DNA of 35,130 nt, taken from positions 1 to 35,130 of the forward strand of contig JAUCBJ010005759.1 of assembly GCA_032718475.1 (NCBI GenBank). The letters are read 5' to 3'. The position numbers and the translations under genes are program-made. A model generated the notes under the pieces. It saw only the letters and a list, made by a program, of their open reading frames with translations. It had not been told where the DNA came from and ran no database searches. Positions 1 to 10,801 of this stretch are shown here, piece after piece. The DNA comes from Nemertoderma westbladi. Its lineage: Eukaryota; Animalia; Xenacoelomorpha. The stretch's first letter is position 1; every line of letters begins with the position of its first letter.

Positions 1-9
1 GAAAATGCT

Positions 10-684
10 TTGGAAGCGAGTTCAACTGATTTCACTAGTACAAATGAAGTTCCAGATGAACTACCTGTGAATTTAAATGATTTGTCTGTGGCTGAAAAAG
101 ACGAAATTTTAGAAGTTGCATTTGCTACATGGAATAAGAATAAGAGAGAAACGAATTATTCCAATTTTTCCAAAATTCACAGAGGTAATTATACTGGATG
201 GAGGAGAAATTCAAATACCTTTTCACCTCATTTCACTCATAATACAGGTTCACCCAGGTTTAATCCAAAAGATATTCAGTCAGGCGAGGTGCTCAAGTGT
301 CATCGTTGTCAGAGTCGATTCCATTTAGTTCGTGACAGCCCTTCACAAGGACAGTCAAAGACTTACCAAGGTACTAATTATACATCACATGACGAACAGA
401 CGGTGGGTCAAATTTTCTCTAGTGAAGCTGAAGATATTTTTGAGATAGGTGTGGATGTTGCTGATTCGTACTCAGAATATGGAATTTTGGATTCCGCTGC
501 TACAAAAACGGTCTGTGGTGAACAGTGGTTCAATCAATTTAGAAATATTTTATACGAAAAGGCTGGTTTAAAACCTCAAATAAATGTGGCAAGTACATTT
601 TATAATTTCGGTAATGTTGGAAAACGTAAAGCAATGTTTAATGCAATCGTTTCTGTTTTCATAAATGGATTGGCATTACCATAA
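10..684 (+). pseudogene. copia gag C-terminus (degenerate zinc knuckle) and aspartic protease fragment
   Basis: C-x2-C-x4-H-x4-S (last Cys replaced by Ser). LDSAATKTVCGEQW protease motif. Frame stops at 684 before the protease C-terminal half. Confidence 0.8.
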
Positions 685-707
685 ACTTCAAGTCAAACTC
701 TGCAACT

Positions 708-1840
708 ATGGAGGGTAAGTCGCTGAAGCTTAAAAGCTGCCCGCGTGGTCATCTTTTGGTACACCTCATGGATGTGAAAGCGAGAGATATGGGTGATCAG
801 AATAATAATAATATAGTCGACATTGAAACTGTATTTCTGACTTTAACTGATTTCAGAAGTAATCCCTCTAAGGTCGCAGATAAACTTCATCGTGCTTATG
901 GGCATCCATCTTCCAACAAACTGATACAAACTATAAAACCAGTGATGCAGAAGGAATCAATGTCAATTGATGAGCAAGAACTATTAAAAGCTGCAATTGA
1001 GAAACTATCTAAATCATGTGACGTGTGTGATAAAAATTCTAAACCTGTTTCTGCTCCACGTGTCGCCATGACACCGTCAACACGATTTAATGAAAGAGTG
1101 GCACTCGATTTGACAGAGTGGAAGCGAAATAGCAAGACTTATATTATAATGCATATGATTGATCAGGCCACACGATATTCTGGTGCTTTATTTGTTACCT
1201 CTAAAGATGATGATGTCATAATTTCAGCTATTTCACATTGTTGGATTAAAATATTTGGACCACCAAAAAATATTTATTCAGATAATGGTGGTGAGTTTAC
1301 CAGCAAGCGACTTTATGCATTCTATGAACAGTTTGGAATTAATGTGAGTGGGACTGCGGCATATTCTCCTTTCAGTAATGGTCGCTGTGAAAGGCATAAT
1401 GCATTATTAAAGGTTACCATGTCCAAGATTGCTGACGATGAACGCAATATTTCACTATCATCATCAGTCATTTTAGATTTTGCGTTATTTGCAAAGAACT
1501 CACTTATGGATTCAGGAGGTTTCTCTCCTTCACAGCGAGTATTTGGCCGCAATCCACAAATACCAAATATCATAGATGCTGAATTACCAGCGCTAACTGA
1601 GTCGAATGATAAGCAAATACGTGATTTACTGAACTGTTTACATGAAACCAGACAGTCGTATATTGCTGGAGATTCTTCAGAAAGAATTAAAACAGCACTT
1701 CGTCGAAGAGTTCCATCACCTCCTCCTGTTGTCAAGAATGGTGATAGTGTGTATTATTGGCGTGTATGTTGCTGGTATTGAGACTGGATGGAAAGGACCA
1801 GGAAATGTTTTGGGTAGAGAGAAGGATCAGTCGTTCTTGT
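708..1840 (+). pseudogene. copia integrase, with frameshifts at its C-terminal end
   Basis: HHCC-type region, ALDL, IDQATRYS, SDNGGEF, ERHN. After VYYWR the expected WKGPG motif is in another frame (ORF 1642-1902) and QHGSRVIRVHP in a third. Confidence 0.88.
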
Positions 1841-3821
1841 GCAACATGGTTCCCGTGTTATTCGTGTTCATCCAATTCACATTGCACAAACAAGACGATT
1901 AAACAAGACGAAACAGCAGAATAATGCTAAAGAATACGAATCAGATGATGAGGATGATTTGGAATTTCTTAAAGATGTAATCAGTGTACCAAGTGGACAA
2001 GTTTCCAATGAAATTAAAATCCCTATATCCTCCAATATTGGTTTATTGCCATTAACAGATGATGTTGATTCGAATAATACAACCATAAATGGCAATGGAA
2101 ACTTGGAGTTAATGTATAAAAATACAGACAAATCATCTTCAATGGTTTCTGAACCAGATGTAGTTGCTGATGAGCCTTTGTACAATAGAGCTACAATTCG
2201 CGCACTGAAACAACTTGATCAACCTTTAGAACAAACTACATTACCACCAAGGACTAAAAGGCCCCCTGAACGCTATCAGTGCAACAATATTGAAGAAATG
2301 ATAGTTGCTGAAAATGCTAACGGAGTTGTTGGTACTCCAAATGTTAAATGTCAAAATGAGGAAGAGTTTTATCACTCTAAACAAAAGGAGCTGCTCTCAT
2401 GGAAAGAATATGATGTTGTTGAAATTGTTTCAATGGAAGAAGTTATAAATAAACCAATTCAAACTAGATGGGTTAATTCTTGGAAATCATTACCAAATGG
2501 CCAAGTTGTGGCAAAATCTCGGCTAGTTGCTAAGGGGTTTCAAGATGGTGAGAAAGAAAATATCATATCTGAATCGCCCACTATTGACAGAGAAATTCTA
2601 CAGTTGGTTCTGAGTTTACTTCCAACTATGGGTTATAAACCAACAACAATGGATGTAAAAACAGCCTTCCTTCAAGGTGAACAAATAAAACGAGATGTAT
2701 TTCTACACCCACCCCCAGAAGTCAGTTTACCAGCTAACACCTGTTGGAAGCTAAAGAAGACAGTATATGGATTAGTCGATGCATCTCGTAATTGGTATAA
2801 TCATGTCGACCATGTAGTAAGAGAGGCAGGTATGTTTCGTAGCAAGGCGGATCCAGCATTGTATTTTATGCACAGAGGTGAAAAACTCGAGGGTCTATTG
2901 CTTGTTCACGTTGATGATTTCTTGTATGCTGGATCAGATTGGTTCAAGATAAATATTATGTCAAAGATTCAAAGCAAATTTACAATTGGAAAAATTACTG
3001 AGAATTGTTTTTCGTTTCTGGGTCTATGTATACAAACTGTTATAGATCAAGGTGATCGTTTTCTAATTGCTATTTCCCAACAGGACAAATTTACAAAGTT
3101 GTGTGATATTCAATGTTCGGCTAACAGGAATAAATCTGAGTTGCTAACAATAGAAGAAATATCATTGGTAAGATCTCTTCTAGGTAGTCTACAATGGGCT
3201 GCGGCATTAACTCGCCCAGATCTTTCATTCAGTGTTTCAGCTCTACAATCAGAATTGAAGGATCCTACGGTGGAGATAATTACCAAAGTCAATAAATTGT
3301 TGCGAAAAGCCAAGGCTTTTTCACCAAATTTTATTTACCACCGTCCAATGGATACAATTAAGCCAATTGTCTACACTGATAGCAGCCATGGTAATCTGCA
3401 AGATGGAGGTTCTCAAAGTGGCGCTGTCATAGTATTAGAAGATGAAAAAGGAAAAGTAATCAATGTTGTGAACTGGCGATCTCATCGAATACGTCGTATT
3501 GCTAGATCAACATTTGCCGCCGAAACATTGGCATCAGCAGCTGCTATGGATCTTGCACTGTATATGGATTACATTCTCAATGAATTTATGATAAAACGAA
3601 ATAACTGGTCAATACGGTCTGACTGCAAGAGTCTCGTTGATGCTGTGCATAGTTTAACGAATGCTCCATTGGAAAAACGACTCAAAATCGATCTCGCTTC
3701 ACTTCGGGAGGCTATGAAATTATATCGCATGGTTTTCGAGTATGTGCCGACAAAGATGCAATTGGCTGATGTACTAACCAAGGAGACATCTGGTTATCAA
3801 CTATTGAAACTCTTAGAATGA
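1839..3821 (+). CDS. copia reverse transcriptase and RNase H (open portion of disrupted pol)
   Basis: 660-aa open frame with TRWV, KSRLVAKGFQD, MDVKTAFLQG, LLVHVDDFLYAG, TRPDLSF, YTDSSHGN, STFAAET, SDCKSL, QLADVLTK. Confidence 0.88.
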   Translation: MQHGSRVIRVHPIHIAQTRRLNKTKQQNNAKEYESDDEDDLEFLKDVISVPSGQVSNEIKIPISSNIGLLPLTDDVDSNNTTINGNGNLELMYKNTDKSSSMVSEPDVVADEPLYNRATIRALKQLDQPLEQTTLPPRTKRPPERYQCNNIEEMIVAENANGVVGTPNVKCQNEEEFYHSKQKELLSWKEYDVVEIVSMEEVINKPIQTRWVNSWKSLPNGQVVAKSRLVAKGFQDGEKENIISESPTIDREILQLVLSLLPTMGYKPTTMDVKTAFLQGEQIKRDVFLHPPPEVSLPANTCWKLKKTVYGLVDASRNWYNHVDHVVREAGMFRSKADPALYFMHRGEKLEGLLLVHVDDFLYAGSDWFKINIMSKIQSKFTIGKITENCFSFLGLCIQTVIDQGDRFLIAISQQDKFTKLCDIQCSANRNKSELLTIEEISLVRSLLGSLQWAAALTRPDLSFSVSALQSELKDPTVEIITKVNKLLRKAKAFSPNFIYHRPMDTIKPIVYTDSSHGNLQDGGSQSGAVIVLEDEKGKVINVVNWRSHRIRRIARSTFAAETLASAAAMDLALYMDYILNEFMIKRNNWSIRSDCKSLVDAVHSLTNAPLEKRLKIDLASLREAMKLYRMVFEYVPTKMQLADVLTKETSGYQLLKLLE

Positions 3822-4057
3822 ATTATTGTGTTTATTCTTATTAATATTTAAAAACTTTAATACACTTGTCTAGTTAAAAATAAAAATCATATGAATGTCA
3901 TAACTCTATGAAAACTCTATTAGCTAGTTATGTCTACCAGCTGATAACCTTAACAGCTGTTATAGTAAGCACTATTTATGTATGTACTTTCTATGTTATC
4001 TTGTCTTTAGTTGATTGTGTAAAAGGTTAATTGATTGTAGTTTATACCGATATTACA

Positions 4058-4157
4058 GGGGGTCTGTGTTTTGTACCTGGGGGGGTCTGTGTTTTGTACC
4101 TGGGGGGGTCTGTGTTTTGTACCTGGGGGTCTGGGGTCTTGGGTCTGTGTTTTGTAC
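4058..4157. repeat. short minisatellite, ~22-24 bp unit GGGGTCTGTGTTTTGTACCTGG, ~4 copies
   Basis: Direct inspection; the G-run length varies between copies. Confidence 0.85.
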
Positions 4158-4340
4158 ACAACCCAATATTACGGGTCATGGTGTATATATATTTATTAAA
4201 TTATTACGTGTTAGCAGCAGTGGCGTTTTAGGTCTGTGCAGCTAATATTAGTGATCGCCGAATTTGCTTTCCGATGTGATGTTAAATTATTTCATTAAAA
4301 AACATTGTCTGCTCTTCAACGATGACATTTAAACATTAAA

Positions 4341-4354
4341 GCGGGAAATTTGAA
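4341..4354 (+). promoter_or_regulatory. E2F site (GCGGGAAA) abutting a CHR-like element (TTTGAA) upstream of GINS3
   Basis: GCGGGAAATTTGAA about 170 bp upstream of the ATG. E2F and CHR motifs are typical of cell-cycle-regulated genes. Short motif, not functionally shown. Confidence 0.5.
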
Positions 4355-4518
4355 AATACCGGATAGCCAACCTGTTTTTAATGTCTGCTCAATTTGTGGT
4401 TAGATGCGTGTGACTGGTGCTGGCAGTGACAGAGCATGGAGTAGTGTAGGCCTAGCACATAATTAATTGGTCTTATTTTTATTTATTATATTAATCTGAC
4501 AAATAGAGCAATACCGGT

Positions 4519-5151
4519 ATGTCTATAGCAACGGCACCGTCTATGGGCAAGGACTTACAGCAACAGGCTACTGATTATCTGGACATAGATGACCTATTGT
4601 GCAGCCAGCAAACTACAATGTGCCGGGTAACCATGCCAGTACCGGGACTAACAATCGGACCGTCCACGGACCCCAGACCACTGGTACCGGGCAATAAAAC
4701 CGAACTCCCTCTGTGGTTGGCGCGGAGTCTGTGCAGCGCGCGTCGACAGATCGTCTCCATCGAGCAACCCGCGCAGTTTCGGGAGGCATTCCGCGAAATG
4801 CTGAAGGCCGACGCCTCGGTGCTGGACCTGTATCGCCACGGACCGCGGTACTACGGCCACGGAGCCGCGCTCCTCCGGTTCAACTTCCCGGACCGCGCCG
4901 AGATGGCGGACTCCGTTCTGCGAGCCTTCACCTCGCGGTTCCGTAGGATTATGGACGCCGGATGCAACTCCCTGGACGGAGACGCGAGTCTGTCGACGCA
5001 ACGACTCGACCGGGTGGAACGGGCTCTGTACGCAGCGGGGCAGCGGTCGTTAAGGGAGACGGTACGATGGCAGGCCGGGGATACCCGTATCATCGGGTTG
5101 GGAGCGCCGGAAACGGCAAACCGGAAGCGCAAGCGAACGGAAGTGGAATAA
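4519..5151 (+). CDS. GINS3: DNA replication complex GINS subunit Psf3, intronless CDS
   Basis: 210 aa with YLDIDDLL, ELPLWLA, ADASVLDLYRHGPRYY, FTSRFRRIMD, RLDRVERALY..GQ and a C-terminal RKRK, colinear with recalled human PSF3 (FLSLDDIL, ELPLWLA, ADPNVVDLHKMGPHFY, FIGRFRRIMD, KKRK). Confidence 0.95.
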   Translation: MSIATAPSMGKDLQQQATDYLDIDDLLCSQQTTMCRVTMPVPGLTIGPSTDPRPLVPGNKTELPLWLARSLCSARRQIVSIEQPAQFREAFREMLKADASVLDLYRHGPRYYGHGAALLRFNFPDRAEMADSVLRAFTSRFRRIMDAGCNSLDGDASLSTQRLDRVERALYAAGQRSLRETVRWQAGDTRIIGLGAPETANRKRKRTEVE

Positions 5152-5611
5152 CGTCACAATACAATACACGTACCACACGCGTTCAGTGATTGAGTGATAG
5201 TAGTGTGCAATAATATACTAGCCATTATATTATTTCTAGCACTTAGCAAGTTCTACATCAAGTCCCTTAAACCAACTTCTCGACTCGTAATTTTATTCAT
5301 ATTGCTTCGCGACTGATACCTGTACGTACATTTCTGTTTATTTAATTTATTTTAATTTAAATTACATTTACCGGTAATATATAAATATTTACGGACATAA
5401 AGCCGATATGATATATGTTAATTACCGTATTTCATTCATTTTTTAGAAATTATTAAGATCACTTAAAAAATATAAAATATTAATGTTAAATTTAGAATTA
5501 CGTGGTCTCACCCGTGTTCATACAGTCCCACGTCACAAAGCCATCTCACCCATCACATAAAGTCACCCATCATCCCATATAATATGTAATAAAGTTTAGA
5601 ATTTGAAATTT

Positions 5612-5838
5612 CGAATTCTACTTGTGTCGGCTTATTTAAGTACCGAATTCTACTTGTGTCGGCTTATTTAAGTACCGAATTCTACTTGTGTCGGCTTATT
5701 TAAGTACCGAATTCTACTTGTGTCGGCTTATTTAAGTACCGAATTCTACTTGTGTCGGCTTATTTAAGTACCGAATTCTACTTGTGTCGGCTTATTTAAG
5801 TACCGAATTCTACTTGTGTCGGCTTATTTAAGTACCGA
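5612..5838. repeat. 32-bp tandem repeat, 7 identical copies (CGAATTCTACTTGTGTCGGCTTATTTAAGTAC)
   Basis: Direct inspection; no spacers between units. Confidence 0.95.
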
Positions 5839-6189
5839 TATAGTAACAGTAAGTTAGCCGTTGGACGTGATTAATTTATTAATATTAACTAACATGTTCT
5901 TCAACGTGGTATTGTATCGTTTTAAATTATTGTAAATTACTAAACTGTGTTTTATAATAAAATAACATTATTTTGTATAATATTTACTTCACTTATTTAT
6001 TCTACCTCTACCTACTTCTATGTGACTGACTTAGCAGACCGTGAGGACACGTTAAATATGTCGAATTATCCTGAAATTTACATAAATTATGATATATTTA
6101 GTTAATTGTGTTCGTCATATACCTTATATCGCCTTCCATTCTCGTTGTATGTTTGGGGAAACCTTATCCTGGTTCAAAATAACCCAAAA

Positions 6190-6880
6190 TATTGTGGGAC
6201 GAGCCTCGAAGTTAGCGGACCCTTATCGAAATGATACTGTTAGGAGGATGGTGAGTTAATCTTTGCATTATAGTTGGTCGTTAAGATTTTGACATGCTAT
6301 TAACGTTGTCAAATTGAAAATTTATAGGCTTCAATATTGCAATAAGACTATTCGTTTTTTTAACAACGTTTATATACCATCAGTTCAACAGTCTCCCGCT
6401 AGGCTACATGTCTAAACAATAATTAGCTAAAACTATGCTTTTAATCCGTTTGTACTAGGACATTAACTGTGTCACTCAAAGGGGCTAATCCGTCGGCAGT
6501 TCTCTAGTCTGCCGCTAGAAGTCGAAATATCTGAAAGTGAAATCCTTGACCCATTCGGTTATTTGTGATCAGTCCAAACTGAAATTTGTCGGATATGTGC
6601 TGGAACACATCCTGTGTCTTTGTGAGGTCGGTAATCGGTCTGCGGTTCTCCAGTCTGTCGATAGAGGGCGAAATGTCTGAATTATTCCAAAAATTGATTA
6701 TTTCAGGCAGTTTTTTGACACATGGTAGTGAGACAAAACAACAAACTATTCATTGACGCCGTAATTTACTGTCCAGTACCAATACAGTGCAATGATATAT
6801 CTACTGGTCCTATCAGCCTTATGGTATGAGTTGAGTATCCTTCTGGTCCCATTATTCGCATCTCCCAGGCTGCCCCAATA
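6190..6880 (-). mobile_element. diverged copy of the DINE/HINE-like element at 21835-23572
   Basis: Reverse complement shares AGCATGTCAAAATC.TAACGAC, CCTAACAGT.TCA.TTCG.TAAGG.TCCGC.AACTTCG.GGCTCG.CCCACAAT and GATTTCACTTTCAGA...CTAGCGGCAGACT.GAGAACTGC with that element. The 6880 boundary is approximate. Confidence 0.7.
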
Positions 6881-6957
6881 ACCCCCCCCCCCCCCCCCCC
6901 CCACCCATCACCCCACCCACACGTATATACAGTTTCGGTATACCCCGTAGAACTAAC

Positions 6958-7071
6958 CTTTGTTTCCTTGTCACACAGACTATAATGCTTCGGTCTAGCG
7001 TTCCCAGTTTCAAATGAAACGTTAACGGCATTGAAGGCGAGTACTGTAGATCGTAGATGCTGCCGCTCCAA
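6958..7071 (-). CDS. TMEM214: TMEM214 homologue, exon G (LERQHLRSTVLAFNAVN...SLCDKETK)
   Basis: ttttag acceptor, GTTAGT donor, 114 nt, phase 0-0. Aligns with recalled human VQKSLQETIQSLKLTN...VTCDMACK. Confidence 0.8.
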
Positions 7072-7095
7072 CTAAAACAGTAAGAAAACGGATCA

Positions 7096-9093
7096 AGAGA
7101 TATCCCAACCAATGGTAAGCCGCTAAAACGTAAAACTGCAGGGATAACCCAACCAATGGTAATCCGTTAAAACCTAAAGAGATATCCCAACCAATGGTAA
7201 TCCGTTAAAACCTAAAGAGATATCCCAACCAATGGTAAGTCGCTAAAACGTAAAACTTCAGGGATAACCCAAGCAATGGTAATCTGCTAAAACCTAAAGA
7301 GATATCCCAACCAATGGTAATCCGCTAAAACCTAAAGAGATATCCCAACCAATGGTAAGTCGCTAAAACGTAAAACTTCAGGGATAACCCAAGCAATGGT
7401 AATCCGCTAAAACCTAAAGAGATATCCCAACCAATGGTAATCCGCTAAAACCTAAAGAGATATCCCAACCAATGGTAAGTCGCTAAAACGTAAAACTTCA
7501 GGGATAACCCAAGCAATGGTAATCCGCTAAAACCTAAAGAGATATCCCAACCAATGGTAATCCGCTAAAACCTAAAGAGATATCTCAACCAATGGTAAGT
7601 CGCTAAAACGTAAAACTTCAGGGATAACCCAAGCAATGGTAAGCCGCTAAAACGTAAAACTGCAGGGATAACCCAACCAATGGTAATCCGCTAAAACCTA
7701 AAGAGATATCCCAACCAATGGTAATCCGTTAAAACCTAAAGAGATATCCCAACCAATGGTAAGTCGCTAAAACGTAAAACTTCAGGGATAACCCAAGCAA
7801 TGGTAATCCGCTAAAACCTAAAGAGATATCCCAACCAATGGTAATCCGCTAAAACCTAAAGAGATATCCCAACCAATGGTAAGTCGCTAAAACGTAAAAC
7901 TGCAGGGATAACCCAACCAATGGTAATCCGCTAAAACCTAAAGAGATAACCCAACCAATGGTAATCCGTTTAAACCTAAAGAGATATCCCAACCAATGGT
8001 AAGCCGTTTAAACCTAAAGAGATATCCCAACCAATGGTAAGCCGCTAAAACGTAAAGAGATATCCCAACCAATGGTAATCCGCTAAAACCTAAAGAGATA
8101 TCCCAACCAATGGTAATCCGCTAAAACCTAAAGAGATATCCCAACCAATGGTAATCCGCTAATACGTAAAACTAATGGGATATCCCAACCAATGGTAATC
8201 CGCTAAAACGTAAAGAGATATCCCAACCAATGGTAATCCGCTAAAACCTAAAGAGATATCCCAACCAATGGTAATCCGCTAAAACCTAAAGAGATATCCC
8301 AACCAATGGTAATCCGCTAAAACCTAAAGAGATATCCCAACCAATGGTAAGTCGCTAAAACGTAAAACTTCAGGGATAACCCAACCAATGGTAATCCGTT
8401 AAAACCTAAAGAGATATCCCAACCAATGGTTTTCCGCTAAAACGTAAAACTACAGGGATATCCCAACCAATGGTAATCCGTTAAAACCTAAAGAGATATC
8501 CCAACCAATGGTTTTCCGCTAAAACGTAAAACTACAGGGATATCCCAACCAATGGTAATCCGTTAAAACCTAAAGAGATATCCCAACCAATGGTTTTCCG
8601 CTAAAACGTAAAACTACAGGGATATCCCAACCAATGGTAATCCGCTAAAACCTAAAGAGATATCCCAACCAATGGTAATCCGTTAAAACCTAAAGAGATA
8701 TCCCAACCAATGGTAAGCCGCTAAAACGTAAAACTGTAGGGATAACCCAACCAATGGTAATCCGCTAAAACCTAAAGAGATATCCCAACCAATGGTAATC
8801 CGCTAAAACCTAAAGAGATAACCCAACCAATGGTAAGTCGCTAAAACGTAAAACTTCAGGGATAACCCAAGCAATGGTAATCCGCTAAAACCTAAAGAGA
8901 TATCCCAACCAATGGTAATCCGCTAAAACCTAAAGAGATATCCCAACCAATGGTAAGTCGCTAAAACGTAAAACTTCAGGGATAACCCAAGCAATGGTAA
9001 TCCGCTAAAACCTAAAGAGATATCCCAACCAATGGTAATCCGCTAAAACCTAAAGAGATAACCCAACCAATGGTAATCCGCTAAAACGTAAAA
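7096..9093. repeat. tandem array of 38- and 44-bp related units with a 120-bp higher-order period
   Basis: Core GAGATATCCCAACCAATGGTAATCCGCTAAAACCTAAA. The 38+38+44 trimer recurs at 7261, 7381, 7501 and 7621. Confidence 0.95.
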
Positions 9094-9659
9094 CCGCAAG
9101 TCCGCAACTTTACAAACATTTAGCGGTTTATTTTCCGCGATTTCCGATTTCCGAATTCGTATTTTTGTTATTATTATTCGTATTTCGAATGTGTATTACA
9201 CGCGTAAATCCAATGCTGATACTTTCGAAACAGGACGAAATAATTAAGGGTCGACATGGAATGTAGCATTATTATATCATTCCGTGAGGTCTATTATAAG
9301 TTCTCGAATATAACCCAAAATCGGATGAAAAAGGATAACTTATTTCCCACGGGAAAAGTACCCCGTCATATGATTGCATTGATTTACCTTTTTCTCGGCG
9401 AAAAAAGTAAAATAAAATATTTTTGGTGGAATTTCTTAACTATAAATACATGTGATGTGAAAGAGCAGTATGAAAGGTTTGCAAGTAATTTGAGCAAAAT
9501 CCATTCACAGACTCAAAACCAAAAGTTATTGCAACATTTGTGTCTGCAAGGCGTGATTTAACATTGAGTAAGGCAGCATCAGGAGTTTAAGAGTACAATA
9601 ATTTGAATCGCAGTAACTATGGAATGGAAGCAATATAGTAAAATACTACAGTTCAATAT

Positions 9660-10340
9660 ATTTTGTTTCATTATGTCAACTTATCAGCGTTCTGGTGAAT
9701 TACTCGTAACGCTGCAAAGTAATCAATGACATGGAAACAACTTCAATTACCGTATTCTAGAATGTATTATTTCCATTTATGTTACTGAGTGCTGATTTAT
9801 TGCTCCAGTTTGTAGTGACGGGACTAGCTACTGTATGTAAATAATTGTTTAACATGTACTGTAATCCATTATGTCGAAACGTCCAATAGAAGACACTAAA
9901 ATTACAAAAGAAAATGGCGACAGTGTTCAGTAAAACTTAACGGACACAGACGGTGACTCAGTTAGATTCAGTCGACTATAATCAAGATGGATTAATGATT
10001 TATCACATCCATGCATGAGATAACTTCCAATAAACTTTAATTATATTTAAATGTATAATTATTACTGTGTACCTGTTAATAAATTTCACTTATATTAGAT
10101 ATAGTACATGATAAAAATATATAAATGAGCATCCATAAAATCCTTTCTTCACATACCCAACGCTGATAAGTTGACATAATGTAACAAAATTACATACATC
10201 ATTGCTTGCTAAGGTCACTTTTCAGTGTTAAAGATCCTTGTTTATTTATGTAAACCTCCCACGTTGCGCTCGCTCGGTACATAAATAAACTCGGGTCGTA
10301 ACGCTGCAAAGTGCTACTTTGCACGCAATGATGTAAATAA
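9660..10340. mobile_element. MITE-like region with inverted repeats
   Basis: TTTTGTTTCATTATGTCAACTTATCAGCGTT (~9661) is inverted at ~10161-10190. TACATCATTGC (~10195) is inverted as GCAATGATGTA (~10325). CGTAACGCTGCAAAGT is repeated directly. Confidence 0.55.
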
Positions 10341-10654
10341 TTATTGTAACGCTATATCGCTCCATGTTTTATTAAAGAATTAAACAACAAAAAGTATTTA
10401 TTTAACAATGTAATACCCCATGTAATACATTTTTTAAATATTCTAGGACATTTATCAATAGAAGAATAGTGCATTAATTTTTTTATTAATTGAAAAAATT
10501 TTCTAGAACACAAAATATTTGTTCTAAACAATTTTAATTTTTTAAATTAGCTAACATGTTCTAAAGTTTTATCAGTACCTAAAGAATCAGTACTGAAAGC
10601 AAGATACACGAAAACGTTGGGTATATGATAAATGATTTAAGTAAAGAAACTTAC

Positions 10655-10801
10655 TCTATGAGATAAAGTTCCCCAGTTACTGTGGATGTGATGGAGTAAA
10701 AGTGAAGAGTGAACTGATCCACCTTCTCTAGAATACAATTGGTTCCATACTTTATAACACTTGGGTTCCAAAGAGAGACAATGTACAAGACATCGCAACA
10801 C
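10655..10801 (-). CDS. TMEM214: TMEM214 homologue, exon F (VLRCLVHCLSLEPKCYKVWNQLYSREGGSVHSSLLLHHIHSNWGTLSHR)
   Basis: ttttgactag acceptor, GTAAGT donor, 147 nt, phase 0-0. Aligns with recalled human LLSSLTECLTVDPLSASVWRQLYPKHLSQSSLLLEHLLSSW. This frame is absent from the ORF track. Confidence 0.9.

Larger units (their letters stand above)
1..3900 (+). mobile_element. Ty1/copia LTR retrotransposon, GalEa-like, disrupted; 5' part lies outside the window
   Basis: Domain order gag-PR-INT-RT-RNaseH is copia-type. Motifs: CHRCQSRFHLVRD(S) knuckle, ILDSAATKTVCG protease, KLHRAYGH..C-x2-C and SDNGGEF/SNGRCERHN integrase, KSRLVAKGFQ, DVKTAFLQG, VYGLVDASRNWY and HVDD in RT, EKRLKID and QLADVLTK in RNase H. 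3' LTR not delimited. Confidence 0.93.

Noticed and set aside
4575-5189. Alternative-frame and antisense ORFs over GINS3 (and similar ones over the copia pol)
   Set aside because: Shadow ORFs of real coding sequence with no recognisable motifs.
5612-5838. CRISPR-like 32-bp repeats (also the other arrays)
   Set aside because: Head-to-tail units without unique spacers, no cas genes, eukaryotic context.
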